DNA from: Corallococcus macrosporus
Lineage (GTDB): Bacteria > Myxococcota > Myxococcia > Myxococcales > Myxococcaceae
Direction of reading: 5' to 3'
DNA: 61,685 nucleotides
Assembly (NCBI RefSeq): GCF_017302985.1
Contig: NZ_JAFIMU010000011.1
Span: forward strand, 1 to 61,685
The position numbers were made by a program, and so were the translations under genes. Of this stretch, positions 45,715-55,465 are shown one piece after another; position 1 is the stretch's first letter, and each line of letters opens with the position of its first letter. The notes under the pieces were generated by a model. That model searched no databases. It was not told the origin of the DNA and was given only the letters and a program-made list of their open reading frames with translations.

Positions 45715-47235
45715 ATGACACTCCCAGGCACGCGACATACGGTGGCCGCCGCCATGCGCCGCGCCCTCCATCCCGCCTGCGTTGCCCTCCTCCTGTCCGC
45801 CTGCACCCACGCGCCCGCCACGCCGGGCGGCGCGAACGACACCCTGACCGGGGTGACGGACGCCCTGCTGGAGACCCTGGAGGCGGACGGCGCGCTCGCG
45901 GGCGCGTATGTGGTGGATGCGCGCACCGGGGAGCCCCTCTTCACCCACCGGGAGAACGTGCGGCTGTTGCCCGCGTCCACCATGAAGGTGGTGTCCACCT
46001 CCGCCGCGCTGTCCGCGCTGGGGGCGGACTTCCGCTTCGTGACGCCGGTGTCCCTGGAGGGCTCGCAGACGGGAGGCCTGTTCCTGGGCGACGTGGTGGC
46101 GCAGGCGTCCGGCGACCCGTCGCTGGGCTCGTGGCGCTTCCCGGAGACGGCGCTCGCGTGCGACCGCATCGCGGAGGCCTTCCAGGCGCGCGGCATCCAC
46201 CAGTGGCGCGGCAACGTGCGCATCGCCGGCACGGACGGCCTGGACGGCGGCATGGGCCCCGGCTGGGCCTGGGACGACGCGGCGTATGCCTACAGCGCGG
46301 CGCCCACGCCCTTCGTCTTCCGCGAGAACGTGGTGGACCTGGCGCTCGCGCGCGCCCCCGGCGCCACCTGCGCGGACGCGCCCTCCATCCAGTGGACCCC
46401 CACCTTCGCCACGCTGTCCGCGGTGGTGAACGTGGACGTCAACGCGGAGCGCGCGAACCTGGCCTGCGTGCGCGGCGGTGGCGGCGTGCGCTGCACGTGG
46501 CGCTCGCCGTCCGGTGGGCCGTGCCCCCAGTCCGCCGCGGTGAAGCTGTCCGTGGACGCGCCGGAGGCCCTCTTCGCCGCGTGCGTGGACGACGCGCTGG
46601 CGCGCCACGGCGTGACGCGGCTGCCCATGTCGCTGGAGGCCCCCACCTCGCCCATGCCGCCGGTGCCGGTGCCGCTGGTGGAGCTGATCAGCCCGCCCCT
46701 GTCGGAGCTGGTGCGCGCGACGAACAAGGAGAGCCTCAACCTGTACGCGGAGCGGCTGGGCATGCGCTTCGCGCGCGAGCGCACCGGCAACGAGGGCTAC
46801 GCCGCGCTGCGCACGGCCCTGGTCGCGGAGCTGACGCGCCGGGGCGTGCCCACCAAGGACCTGCGCCCCGTGGATGGCAGCGGCCTGTCCCGCTACAACC
46901 TGGCCACGCCCCGGGGCATGGCGCGGGTGCTGCTCACCAGCCTCCAGGAGCCCTACGGCGCCGCGCTGGTGGACAGCCTGCCGGTGCTGGGCGTGGACGG
47001 GACGCTGGCGGGCCGCAAGACGAAGCCGTCCACCGCGGGCCGGATCCGCGCGAAGACGGGGACGCTCACGGGCCAGAAGTGCTTCGTGGGCGTGGCCGAG
47101 CGCCCCAACGACACGGAGCACCCGCGCGTCGTCTTCGCGCTGATGCTCGGCAACATGGACGAGGGCACGAAGCCCAACGCCAACGAGACCTTCGACACCT
47201 TCTCCACCGCCCTGGTGGAGCTGCCCCTGCGATGA
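45715..47235 (+). CDS. dacB: D-alanyl-D-alanine carboxypeptidase/endopeptidase (PBP4, peptidase S13), lipoprotein
   Basis: Lipobox 'LLLSAC'; 'STMKVVSTSAAL' (SxxK); 'DGSGLSR'; 'KTGTL' (KTG). Confidence 0.8.
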   Translation: MTLPGTRHTVAAAMRRALHPACVALLLSACTHAPATPGGANDTLTGVTDALLETLEADGALAGAYVVDARTGEPLFTHRENVRLLPASTMKVVSTSAALSALGADFRFVTPVSLEGSQTGGLFLGDVVAQASGDPSLGSWRFPETALACDRIAEAFQARGIHQWRGNVRIAGTDGLDGGMGPGWAWDDAAYAYSAAPTPFVFRENVVDLALARAPGATCADAPSIQWTPTFATLSAVVNVDVNAERANLACVRGGGGVRCTWRSPSGGPCPQSAAVKLSVDAPEALFAACVDDALARHGVTRLPMSLEAPTSPMPPVPVPLVELISPPLSELVRATNKESLNLYAERLGMRFARERTGNEGYAALRTALVAELTRRGVPTKDLRPVDGSGLSRYNLATPRGMARVLLTSLQEPYGAALVDSLPVLGVDGTLAGRKTKPSTAGRIRAKTGTLTGQKCFVGVAERPNDTEHPRVVFALMLGNMDEGTKPNANETFDTFSTALVELPLR

Positions 47236-47272
47236 GCGTCCCGCAGGGGTCCACCCGCATGCGAGGTGAACC

Positions 47273-49453
47273 ATGAAGTCGAGAATCGCAGTGACGACCG
47301 CCGCGCTGCTCGTGCCGCTGGTGGCGGGGGCCGCCGGCAAGGCGCCCGCGAAGCCGGCCGCCGCGGAGAAGCAGCCCGTGGAGACCACCTACCACGGCAC
47401 CACCGTCGCGGATCCGTACCAGTGGATGGAGTCCGCCACCGACCCCAAGGTCCAGCAGTGGACCGACTCGCAGAACGCGTACACGCGCGCGTACCTGGAC
47501 AAGCTCCCGGGCCGCGAGCCGCTGCGCCAGCGCATCTCCGAGCTGCTGTCCTGGAAGTCGCCCTCGTACGGCGGCCTGGATGAGCAGGGCGGCACGCTCC
47601 TGGGGCTGAAGTTCCAGCCGCCCAAGCAGCAGCCCACGCTCATCGTGGTGGGCTCGCTGGACGACACGTCGAAGGAGCGCGTGCTGGTGGACCCCACGCA
47701 GGTGGACACCTCCGGCAAGACGACCATCGACTGGTTCCAGCTGTCGCACGACGGCAAGAAGGTCGCGGTCTCCATGTCCAAGGGCGGCACGGAGAGCGGC
47801 GACGTGTCCGTGTGGGACGTGGCCACGGCGAAGGCGATGCCCAACGAGCTGGTGCCCCGCGTCAACGGCGGCACGGCGGGCGGCAGCCTCGCGTGGAACG
47901 CGCAGGGCACGGGCTTCTTCTACACGCGCTACCCGCGCGGCGAGGAGCGCCCGCCCGTGGACCGCGAGGTGTACCAGCAGGTGTACTTCCACGCGCTGGG
48001 CACGCCCACGGAGAAGGACACGTACGCGCTGGGCAAGGACTTCCCGCGCATCGCGATGACGGACCTGGAGTCCAGCGACGACGGCCAGTACACCTTCGCG
48101 CGCGTGGCCAACGGCGACGGCGGCGAGTACGACCTGTACCTGCACGGCCCCAAGGGCGCGTGGACGCAGGTGGCGAAGTACGCGGACAAGGTGGTGGCGG
48201 CGCGCTTCGGCAGCGACGGCGCGGCGTACCTGCTCAGCCGCAAGGACGCTCCCAAGGGCAAGGTGCTGCGCCTGCCGCTGGCCACGCCCACGCTGGACAA
48301 GGCCACCGTGGTCGTCCCCGAGGGTGAGGCGACGGTGCAGGCCGTGGTGCCGACGAAGAGCCGCCTGTACCTGCTGGAGCAGCTGGGCGGCCCGTCGCAG
48401 CTGCGCATGGTGGACCTGACCGGGAAGGCGCTGGGGCTGGTGCCCACGCTGCCGGTGTCGGCGGTGGGCGGCGTCGTGCGCCAGGGCGCGGACGACGTGC
48501 TCTTCGTCAACGGCAGCTTCACCCAGCCGGCCGCGTGGTTCCGCTTCACGGCGGCGGACGGCAAGGTGGCGAAGACGGCGCTGGCGCGCACGGCGCCCAT
48601 CGACATGAGCGACGTGGAGGTGGTGCGCACGGAGGCCACGTCGAAGGACGGCACCAAGGTGCCGCTCACCATCCTGAAGAAGAAGGGCACGAAGCTGAAC
48701 GGCAACAACCCCACGTGGCTCACCGGCTACGGCGGCTTCAACGTGTCCATCAACCCGGGCTACAGCCCGCTGACGGGCATGTGGCTGGAGCAGGGCGGCG
48801 TGTTCGCGGTGGCCAACCTGCGCGGCGGCTCCGAGTTCGGCGAGGAGTGGCACAAGGGCGGCTCGCTCACGAAGAAGCAGAACGTGTTCGACGACTTCTA
48901 CGCGTGCGCGAAGCTGCTCACGGACCAGAAGTACACGCAGCCGAAGAAGCTGGCCATCCAGGGCGGCAGCAACGGCGGCCTGCTGATGGGCGCGGCCCTG
49001 ACGCAGCACCCGGAGCAGTACGGCGCGGTGGTGGCGCGCGTGGGCATCTACGACATGCTGCGCACGGAGCTGACGCCCAACGGCCAGTTCAACGTGACGG
49101 AGTACGGCTCCGTGAAGGACCCGGAGCAGTTCAAGGCGCTATACAACTACTCGCCGGTGCACCAGGTGAAGGACGGGACGAAGTACCCGTCGGTGCTCTT
49201 CACGTCCGGAGCCAATGACCCGCGCGTGGATCCGTTCCACTCGCGCAAGATGGTGGCGCGGATGCAGTCGGCGTCGGCGTCCCCCAAGCCCATCCTGCTG
49301 CGCGCCAACGCGGAGACGGGCCACGGCATGGGCACGCCGCTGTCCGCGCGCATCGAGGAGGAGGTGGACGTCTACTCCTTCGTCTTCAACGAGCTGGGCA
49401 TGACGTACAAGCCCAACGCGACGAAGAAGGTCCAGGCGCCCGCGCCGAAGTAG
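47273..49453 (+). CDS. Prolyl oligopeptidase family serine peptidase (S9A), secreted
   Basis: Signal peptide. Beta-propeller N-terminal region. Catalytic 'GGSNGGLL' (GxSxGG). C-terminal Asp/His within an alpha/beta-hydrolase domain. Confidence 0.9.
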   Translation: MKSRIAVTTAALLVPLVAGAAGKAPAKPAAAEKQPVETTYHGTTVADPYQWMESATDPKVQQWTDSQNAYTRAYLDKLPGREPLRQRISELLSWKSPSYGGLDEQGGTLLGLKFQPPKQQPTLIVVGSLDDTSKERVLVDPTQVDTSGKTTIDWFQLSHDGKKVAVSMSKGGTESGDVSVWDVATAKAMPNELVPRVNGGTAGGSLAWNAQGTGFFYTRYPRGEERPPVDREVYQQVYFHALGTPTEKDTYALGKDFPRIAMTDLESSDDGQYTFARVANGDGGEYDLYLHGPKGAWTQVAKYADKVVAARFGSDGAAYLLSRKDAPKGKVLRLPLATPTLDKATVVVPEGEATVQAVVPTKSRLYLLEQLGGPSQLRMVDLTGKALGLVPTLPVSAVGGVVRQGADDVLFVNGSFTQPAAWFRFTAADGKVAKTALARTAPIDMSDVEVVRTEATSKDGTKVPLTILKKKGTKLNGNNPTWLTGYGGFNVSINPGYSPLTGMWLEQGGVFAVANLRGGSEFGEEWHKGGSLTKKQNVFDDFYACAKLLTDQKYTQPKKLAIQGGSNGGLLMGAALTQHPEQYGAVVARVGIYDMLRTELTPNGQFNVTEYGSVKDPEQFKALYNYSPVHQVKDGTKYPSVLFTSGANDPRVDPFHSRKMVARMQSASASPKPILLRANAETGHGMGTPLSARIEEEVDVYSFVFNELGMTYKPNATKKVQAPAPK

Positions 49454-49515
49454 TCCTGCTTCTCCCAACGCCCGTCTCCGGCGCCACGTGGCCCTGGGGA
49501 CGGGCGTTTCTTCTT

Positions 49516-49971
49516 GTGGATTTCGTGGCAGCCTGCCGCCCCATGAGCCCGCTCATCCCCTACTTCATCCTCTCGCCCATCGTCGCGGGCGGCCTTGCCT
49601 GGTGGACGCTCACCCGCCTTGGAAAGAAGCGGAACGCCCGCGCGAAGGGCTCGCTGGACGCGGTGGTGGAGAAGCTGCGCGGCCAGAAGGTGCTGGGCGC
49701 GGTGGACCTCGTCGTCCAGGACGTGTCCTGGTCCGGCGACACGGAGCTGTCACCGCAGAACTGCCGCGTGCGCGTGGTGATGGGCGGCGTCGACGCCGCG
49801 AGCATTCCCCCGCGCTTCGAGGTGGAGAGCGCCCCGGGAGCGCCCCGCCCGCCCGCGGAGGTGCTCACCGCGCTGCGCGTGCTGGATGCGCAGGCGACAG
49901 AGGCCCTGAAGTCCGGCGGCTGGAGCTGGCAGCGCCCGACGGTGGCCTTCGAGCCCGCTGCGAAGCAGTAG
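49516..49971 (+). CDS. Hypothetical membrane-anchored protein
   Basis: Single N-terminal TM 'LIPYFILSPIVAGGLAWWTLT'. No known domain. Confidence 0.4.
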   Translation: MDFVAACRPMSPLIPYFILSPIVAGGLAWWTLTRLGKKRNARAKGSLDAVVEKLRGQKVLGAVDLVVQDVSWSGDTELSPQNCRVRVVMGGVDAASIPPRFEVESAPGAPRPPAEVLTALRVLDAQATEALKSGGWSWQRPTVAFEPAAKQ

Positions 49972-50039
49972 CGCGCGTGGCGTTGCCTGCCGCACGTCCA
50001 ACGGGATTCGGGTGACGGGTCGAGGAGCGCGGTGCCAGC

Positions 50040-51134
50040 ATGCGCCGCATGTCCTCGACCTTCCTCGACACGCTCGACACGCCCGCCGCCATCGTGGACC
50101 TGGACCGCGTGGAGTGGAACCTCCAGCGCGTCGCCACCTACGCCCGTGAGCACGGCCTGCGCTGGCGTCCCCATACGAAGACGCACAAGACGGCGGAGCT
50201 GGGCGCGATGCAGGTCGCGGCGGGAGCCACCGGCGTCACGGTGGCCACCCTCCTGGAAGCCGAGGTCATGGCCTCCGTGTCCGACGACGTGCTGCTCGCA
50301 TACCCGCCCGTGGGCGCACGCAAGCTGGCGAGGCTGATGGCCCTCCCCCCGCGCGTGCGGCTCACCGTGGCGCTCGACTCCCATGACGTGCTGGAGGGCC
50401 TGGCGCGCGCGGCCCGGGACGCGGGGCGCACCGTGGGCGTGCTCGTGGAGGTGGACCTGGGCATGCGCCGCGTGGGGCTGCGCACGCCGGAGGAGGCCGT
50501 GGCCCTGGCTCGCGCGGCGGCGTCCACGCCCGGCGTGGCGTTTCGTGGAGTGACGTTCTACGCGGGCCATATCCGCGTCCCGCAGGCGGAGCTGCCCACC
50601 GCGATGAACGCCCAGTCGGAAGCGCTGGCGACGTTCGTGGGTGCCTTGAGCCACGCGGGATTGCCGCCGGAGGTGGTGAGCGGCGGCTCCACGCCGACCC
50701 TCTGGCAATCCCATACGGTGAAGGGCCTCACGGAGATCCGCCCCGGCCTCAACGCGCTGAACGACCGCAACGCGGCGGTCATCGGCGCCTGTGATTGGAC
50801 GGAGTGTGCCTATTCGGTCCTGGCCACCGTGGTGAGCACGGCCGTGCCCGGCCAGGTGGTCATCGACGCGGGAGCCAAGGCGCTGGTGAAGGAGGAAGGG
50901 CTGGCGCCAGGCTATGGCGTCCTGCTGGACCGGCCGGAGGTCGTGGTGAAGAACCTGTCGGAGGAGCACGGGCTGCTGGACGTGTCCGGCACGACGTGGC
51001 GCCCGCGCATCGGCGAGCGCGTGCGCGTGGTGCCCAACCATGTCTGTGTTTCCGTCCCGCAGCATCCCCGGCTGTACGTCTTGCGCGGCGACACGCACGT
51101 GGCCACGTGGGAGGTCGCGGCGCGCGGCTGGTAA
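50040..51134 (+). CDS. Alanine-racemase-fold PLP enzyme (D-serine dehydratase-like / D-threonine aldolase family)
   Basis: 'WRPHTKTHKTAELG' PLP-Lys motif typical of the DSD1 family, plus the C-terminal D-ser_dehydrat-like domain. Confidence 0.75.
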   Translation: MRRMSSTFLDTLDTPAAIVDLDRVEWNLQRVATYAREHGLRWRPHTKTHKTAELGAMQVAAGATGVTVATLLEAEVMASVSDDVLLAYPPVGARKLARLMALPPRVRLTVALDSHDVLEGLARAARDAGRTVGVLVEVDLGMRRVGLRTPEEAVALARAAASTPGVAFRGVTFYAGHIRVPQAELPTAMNAQSEALATFVGALSHAGLPPEVVSGGSTPTLWQSHTVKGLTEIRPGLNALNDRNAAVIGACDWTECAYSVLATVVSTAVPGQVVIDAGAKALVKEEGLAPGYGVLLDRPEVVVKNLSEEHGLLDVSGTTWRPRIGERVRVVPNHVCVSVPQHPRLYVLRGDTHVATWEVAARGW

Positions 51135-51137
51135 GCC

Positions 51138-52133
51138 TCAGGCGATGCGCTTCAGCTCCTGCGTCAGCATCTCCTCCAGGTGCCGGATGTTCCGGTAGAC
51201 GAGGCACCGGTAGCTGGAGACGTCGAAGCGAAGCTCCTTCACGTCGCGCACCAACATCAGGGTGGGCTTGCCGCGTCCCCAGGCGTAGCCCACCTCCAGA
51301 TAGACATTGGGGTTGGCCAGCGACAGGTCCGCGATGACGACCTTCGCCGTGTCGATGCGGTCCCGGATGCGCTGGATGATGGGGCCGTCGAAGACGGCCT
51401 GGTCCACGCGCTCACACAGGAGCCCGGCTGCCTTCACCGGGTTCAGGATGCCGTAGTGGTAGGTGTCCTCCAGCTCCGGCGCGAAGGGCATGGCCACGAA
51501 GGCATGGGGCTTCTCGTTGGAGTTCGCGCCCGCGGACGCCATGGGCGGCGCCTGGACGAAGCGGGACGTGCGCCGGACGCGGAAGCCCGTGGCCCCCATC
51601 AGCGGCTCCACGCCCGGCGTGAGCCCCAGGCCCAGCGCGATGGCCTTGCGCAGCCGCTCCACGCGCTTGGGGTTCAGCTCCACCACCGTGATGCGCTCCA
51701 GGTCGCGCGGACCGCTGCCGCGCTGGAACGCGTCCACGAAGCCGCCCACCAGGGCCAGCACGGCCTCGTCCTCGTCCAGCCCGTAGTTGGGGCCGTGCAC
51801 CGTGCACGCGAGGTGGCGCACCTCGTGCCGTGGCTCCAGGAGCTGGAGCGCGCGCACGGAGAACTGGCGGATCTCGTGGTAGCCGAACTGCCGCAAACGC
51901 ACCGTGCCCAGGAAGAGCACCAGCGGAGCCCCCAGGCTCCGGCGCGTGTCGATGAAGCGGTGGTCCCCGGGGAGCAGGTCGAAGGCGTCCATGCCCAGGC
52001 CCGCCGCCTCCAGCCGGCGCGACACCGCGCCGTCCGCCCCGTGGAAGCCCTGCGCGTACTTCAGCAGCACGGCGTCCGCGGCCGTCTCCGCCACGTCTCC
52101 CAGGTCCACCACGACGTCCAGCGTGTCTCCCAT
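51138..52133 (-). CDS. Macro-like domain + nucleoside 2-deoxyribosyltransferase-like (NDT/TIR-like Rossmann) domain fusion protein
   Basis: N-terminal 'LGDVAETAADAVLLKYAQGFHGADGAVSRRLEAAG ... LACTVHGPNYGLDEDEAVLALVGGFVDAF' aligns with macro-domain motifs (GDIT..DAIVNAAN..GGGV..AI ... A.PA.S.G.YG). C-terminal 'AFVAMPFAPE...NVYLEVGYAWGRGKPTLML' matches the NDT-like signature (YLAGPFF ... FEIGYAxAxGKPV). Confidence 0.55.
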   Translation of the reverse strand: MGDTLDVVVDLGDVAETAADAVLLKYAQGFHGADGAVSRRLEAAGLGMDAFDLLPGDHRFIDTRRSLGAPLVLFLGTVRLRQFGYHEIRQFSVRALQLLEPRHEVRHLACTVHGPNYGLDEDEAVLALVGGFVDAFQRGSGPRDLERITVVELNPKRVERLRKAIALGLGLTPGVEPLMGATGFRVRRTSRFVQAPPMASAGANSNEKPHAFVAMPFAPELEDTYHYGILNPVKAAGLLCERVDQAVFDGPIIQRIRDRIDTAKVVIADLSLANPNVYLEVGYAWGRGKPTLMLVRDVKELRFDVSSYRCLVYRNIRHLEEMLTQELKRIA

Positions 52134-52345
52134 GGGCCCGGGACTGTAGGGCGTCCCGGTCCGCCCACGCCATCCCCCGCGCCCGTCGCCTTGCGTCAGG
52201 AGGGCGAAACACAGACGTGACAGGAGCCGTCAATCCCTGCTCAATGACGCCTTGCGCCTGCCTGGCTGTCTTTCAGGCCAGCCCTGGCGTGCCTGTGAAG
52301 CGCTTCACAGTTTCCGCCTGGCCGCCCCGGTAGCATTTGCGCACC

Positions 52346-53239
52346 ATGTCCCTGTTCGCGCGCCTGCAGGCCCTGCTGTCCGCCCACCCGTCCGCCCCGG
52401 TCTCCTCCGGCGGGCAGACGTCCGCGAGCTCCGCCTCGGCCCCGGCGGTGGCGAGCGCCCCGGCGGACGCGGAAGGCGCTCCCGCGCCGCCTGTCTGCAC
52501 GCGCTACCTGCCTGCGGGCCAGGTGGTGGTGCGCGAGGGCGACCCGGGCCACTCGATGTTCGTCGTGCTGGAGGGCCGCGTCGCGGTGCTGCGCGGCGGC
52601 GACAACGGCGCCAACACGGAGGTCGGCCGCCTGGGCGCCGGCGAGTTCTTCGGCGAGCTGGCGCTGCTCACCGGCACGCAGCGCACCGCCACCATCGTGA
52701 CGGTGGAGGACGCCGTGCTGCTGGAGCTCACCCAGGCCGGCGTCCGGGAGCTGGGCAAGGACTACGGCGTCAAGGGCGAGCAGATGCAGGTCACCGCCCG
52801 GGAGCGCCTGCTCGCGGACGCGCTGCGCAGCAACCCGCTCATCGCCGCGCTGCCCCCGGAGGTGCAGCACGAGCTGGGAGACGCCTTCGTCCCCTGTACC
52901 GTCCCCGCCGGAGAGACGCTGCTCACCCGGGGCCAGCCGGGCGACGCGCTCTACGTCCTCATCCGGGGCCAGTGCGAGGTCTTCCACACGCACGGTGACG
53001 GCCGCCAGTCCCCCTACCCCACGCTGGAGGAAGGCGCCCTCTTCGGAGAGATCTCCCTCTTGCGCAGCCGGCTGGCCACCGCCACCGTGCGCACCGTGAC
53101 TCCCTGCACGCTCCTCAAGCTGGAGCGCGACGTGTTCAAGAAGGCCTTCCTGGGCCAGCCCGACCTGCGCGGCGCCCTGGTGCGCCTGGGCCTGGAGCGG
53201 CTCAAGCACACGATGGAGGTCATGGGCGAGCCGAAGTAG
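52346..53239 (+). CDS. Tandem cyclic-nucleotide-binding (cNMP) domain protein, no output domain
   Basis: Two cNMP-binding units: 'FFGELALLTGTQRTATIVTVEDAVLLEL' and 'LFGEISLLRSRLATATVRTVTPCTLLKL'. The ORF-track start at 52337 is TTG; in-frame ATG at 52346. Confidence 0.8.
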   Translation: MSLFARLQALLSAHPSAPVSSGGQTSASSASAPAVASAPADAEGAPAPPVCTRYLPAGQVVVREGDPGHSMFVVLEGRVAVLRGGDNGANTEVGRLGAGEFFGELALLTGTQRTATIVTVEDAVLLELTQAGVRELGKDYGVKGEQMQVTARERLLADALRSNPLIAALPPEVQHELGDAFVPCTVPAGETLLTRGQPGDALYVLIRGQCEVFHTHGDGRQSPYPTLEEGALFGEISLLRSRLATATVRTVTPCTLLKLERDVFKKAFLGQPDLRGALVRLGLERLKHTMEVMGEPK

Positions 53240-53412
53240 TCCGCCGTCCTGCGCCATCCCGTCTTCTACCCTCCGAGAGTGTCTATCTTCACCGAGAGGG
53301 AAATGGTTCATCCCAGACATGCGGTCGCCTGACGGACGCGGCCGTCTGTCCAACGCCTCACGACTGGCATTGTGAATGCAATCACGCCCTTCCGGAGCAA
53401 CCGGGAGGCGTC

Positions 53413-55422
53413 ATGCAAGGCAGGGCTGTGCGTTGGGGCGTGAGAAGTATGGGGTGGCTGTCCGCGTTGGTGCTGTGCACGCATTGCGGTGGGGTGGCGG
53501 AACAGGACGGGCCCGGGGAGCCCCGTCCGTCTGGAACAGCGAGCGTCGAGTCGCAGGCCGTCAGTTGTCCGTCGGAGACCGTCTACGACACCGTCGGCAC
53601 CCAGGACCGGGGCGACGCGTACGTGGACGCAGCGCAGCCGACGGTCAACTTCGGAGAAGCCGACCTGCTGCTGACGGATGGCTCGCCGCGGCTGGAGTCG
53701 TACCTGAAGTTCGAGGTGACGCACGACGATCCCAACATCCCCATCGTCGGAGCGCGGCTGCGCCTGTTCGCGGTGGATGGCAGCACGGACGGCCCCGCGC
53801 TCTACCGTGCGGACAATGAGTGGACGGAGGGCACGCTCACCTGGAACACGCGGCCCGCGCTGCTGGGCGCGCCCCTGGGGGACCTGGGCGCCGTGGAGAA
53901 CAACAGCGTGGTGGAGTACGACGTGAGCACGGTCGTCCGCTCGGCGGGCGACTACAGCTTCGCGCTCATCCCCACGGGCGGGAACGGCGTCGACTTCGAG
54001 TCCTCCGAGTCCACCTATTACATGGGTGGGGCCTCCCTGGAGCTGACCCGCGCCATCACGTTCTGCGCCCGCCAGGGCACGGGCGGAGCCCTTCAGGGCG
54101 TGCGGCGGTACGGCGGTCCGGGCGAGGAGGTGCCCAGGGGCGTGGCCGCCGCGCAGGATGGGGGATGGGTGGTCGCGGGCCGCTATTACAACTCCGGTGA
54201 CTTCGGCGGCGGGCCCCTGGAGCCGTTCGGGTACCTGGTCCTCGCGAAGTACGGCGCGGACGGCAGCCATCAGTGGTCGCGCACCTACGCGCCCTACCCG
54301 GGCTCCATCTCCGAGGTCAACGTGGGCGGCCTCACCGTGACGCCGCTCGGGAACATCCTGGTCGTGGGCTCCTACACGGGCAGCCCGGACTTCGGCACGG
54401 GAGCACTGCCAGCCACCTGGGGCTATACGCCGGGCCTCTTCATCGCCAAGTTCTCGCCGAACGGCACACCGGTCTGGTCCAAGGGCTTCCTCGCGGGGAC
54501 TCCGCAGGTGGGCTCCAACACGAAGGCTCCCATCCAGGGACTCGCCGTCGCCACGGACGCCGCGGGCAGCCTCGTCGTCACGGGCACCTTCTCCGGTCAG
54601 GTGAACCTGGGAGGCGGGGTGCTGGACGCGGGCGCGAGCGCTTCCGGGGTGAGCGCGCTCTTCGTGGCGCGCTTCTCCTGGGAGGGTGACCCCCTCTGGT
54701 CCCGCGTCCATGCGGCCGGGAGCACGGGGTCGGAAGGACAGGCGCTCGCCACGGACAGCACGGGCGCGGTGCTGCTCGCGGGCGTCGCGAGCCCGCACGC
54801 CACCAACACCGTGCTCGGCGTGCAGGGCCCCCGGACGCCCTTCGTGGCGAAGTACTCGGCCACCGGGACGCCGCTGTGGTCCCGTGCGCTCAACGGCGGC
54901 CGGGGCTCGATGCGGGGCGTCGTTTCACGGCCGGGTGACGCCGTGGCCTTCGCCGCGGATTTCGGCGGCACGTTCTCCTTCGCGGGGCGCTCGTACAGCG
55001 CGGCTCCGGAGGGTTCGCAGGACGGCCGGACGGACGTCGTCCTGGGCGCGCTCTCCGCGTCGGGCTCGGACCAGTGGGGACGGCAGCTGGGCGGTCCGGA
55101 CAAGGATGACGTCCGGCGACTCGCGGTGGACTCGCAGGGACGCCTGACGCTGGCGGGCTATCTGGGTTCGCAGGCGGACCTGGGCGGCGGGCTCATCGGG
55201 CACCCGAGCTATCCGACGAACTACGTGGCGCGGTACGCGGCGGACGGCACGCACCTGTGGTCGCGCGGCCTGGACATCCGCCTCAGCCTGACCATGGCCG
55301 GCAACGGCGCGGGGGAGACGCTGCTCGTCGACCAGCTCGACCGGACCGTGCAGGTGGATGGAACAGCCTACTCGCCAGTCGATGGGAGCACGGACCTGCT
55401 GCTGCTGAAGCTCGCGCCGTAG
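53413..55422 (+). CDS. Secreted DNRLRE-domain + SBBP beta-propeller-repeat protein
   Basis: Signal/lipoprotein-like N-terminus. 'LRLFAVDGS...YRADNEWTEGTLTWNTRP' matches a DNRLRE-type domain. Multiple ~50-aa repeats 'W...G..G.D.G..VA.D..G' are SBBP-like. Confidence 0.6.
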   Translation: MQGRAVRWGVRSMGWLSALVLCTHCGGVAEQDGPGEPRPSGTASVESQAVSCPSETVYDTVGTQDRGDAYVDAAQPTVNFGEADLLLTDGSPRLESYLKFEVTHDDPNIPIVGARLRLFAVDGSTDGPALYRADNEWTEGTLTWNTRPALLGAPLGDLGAVENNSVVEYDVSTVVRSAGDYSFALIPTGGNGVDFESSESTYYMGGASLELTRAITFCARQGTGGALQGVRRYGGPGEEVPRGVAAAQDGGWVVAGRYYNSGDFGGGPLEPFGYLVLAKYGADGSHQWSRTYAPYPGSISEVNVGGLTVTPLGNILVVGSYTGSPDFGTGALPATWGYTPGLFIAKFSPNGTPVWSKGFLAGTPQVGSNTKAPIQGLAVATDAAGSLVVTGTFSGQVNLGGGVLDAGASASGVSALFVARFSWEGDPLWSRVHAAGSTGSEGQALATDSTGAVLLAGVASPHATNTVLGVQGPRTPFVAKYSATGTPLWSRALNGGRGSMRGVVSRPGDAVAFAADFGGTFSFAGRSYSAAPEGSQDGRTDVVLGALSASGSDQWGRQLGGPDKDDVRRLAVDSQGRLTLAGYLGSQADLGGGLIGHPSYPTNYVARYAADGTHLWSRGLDIRLSLTMAGNGAGETLLVDQLDRTVQVDGTAYSPVDGSTDLLLLKLAP

Positions 55423-55465
55423 GCACCGCTTCACGCTGGAGGCCCGCGGCCGTGAGCGCGGGCCT

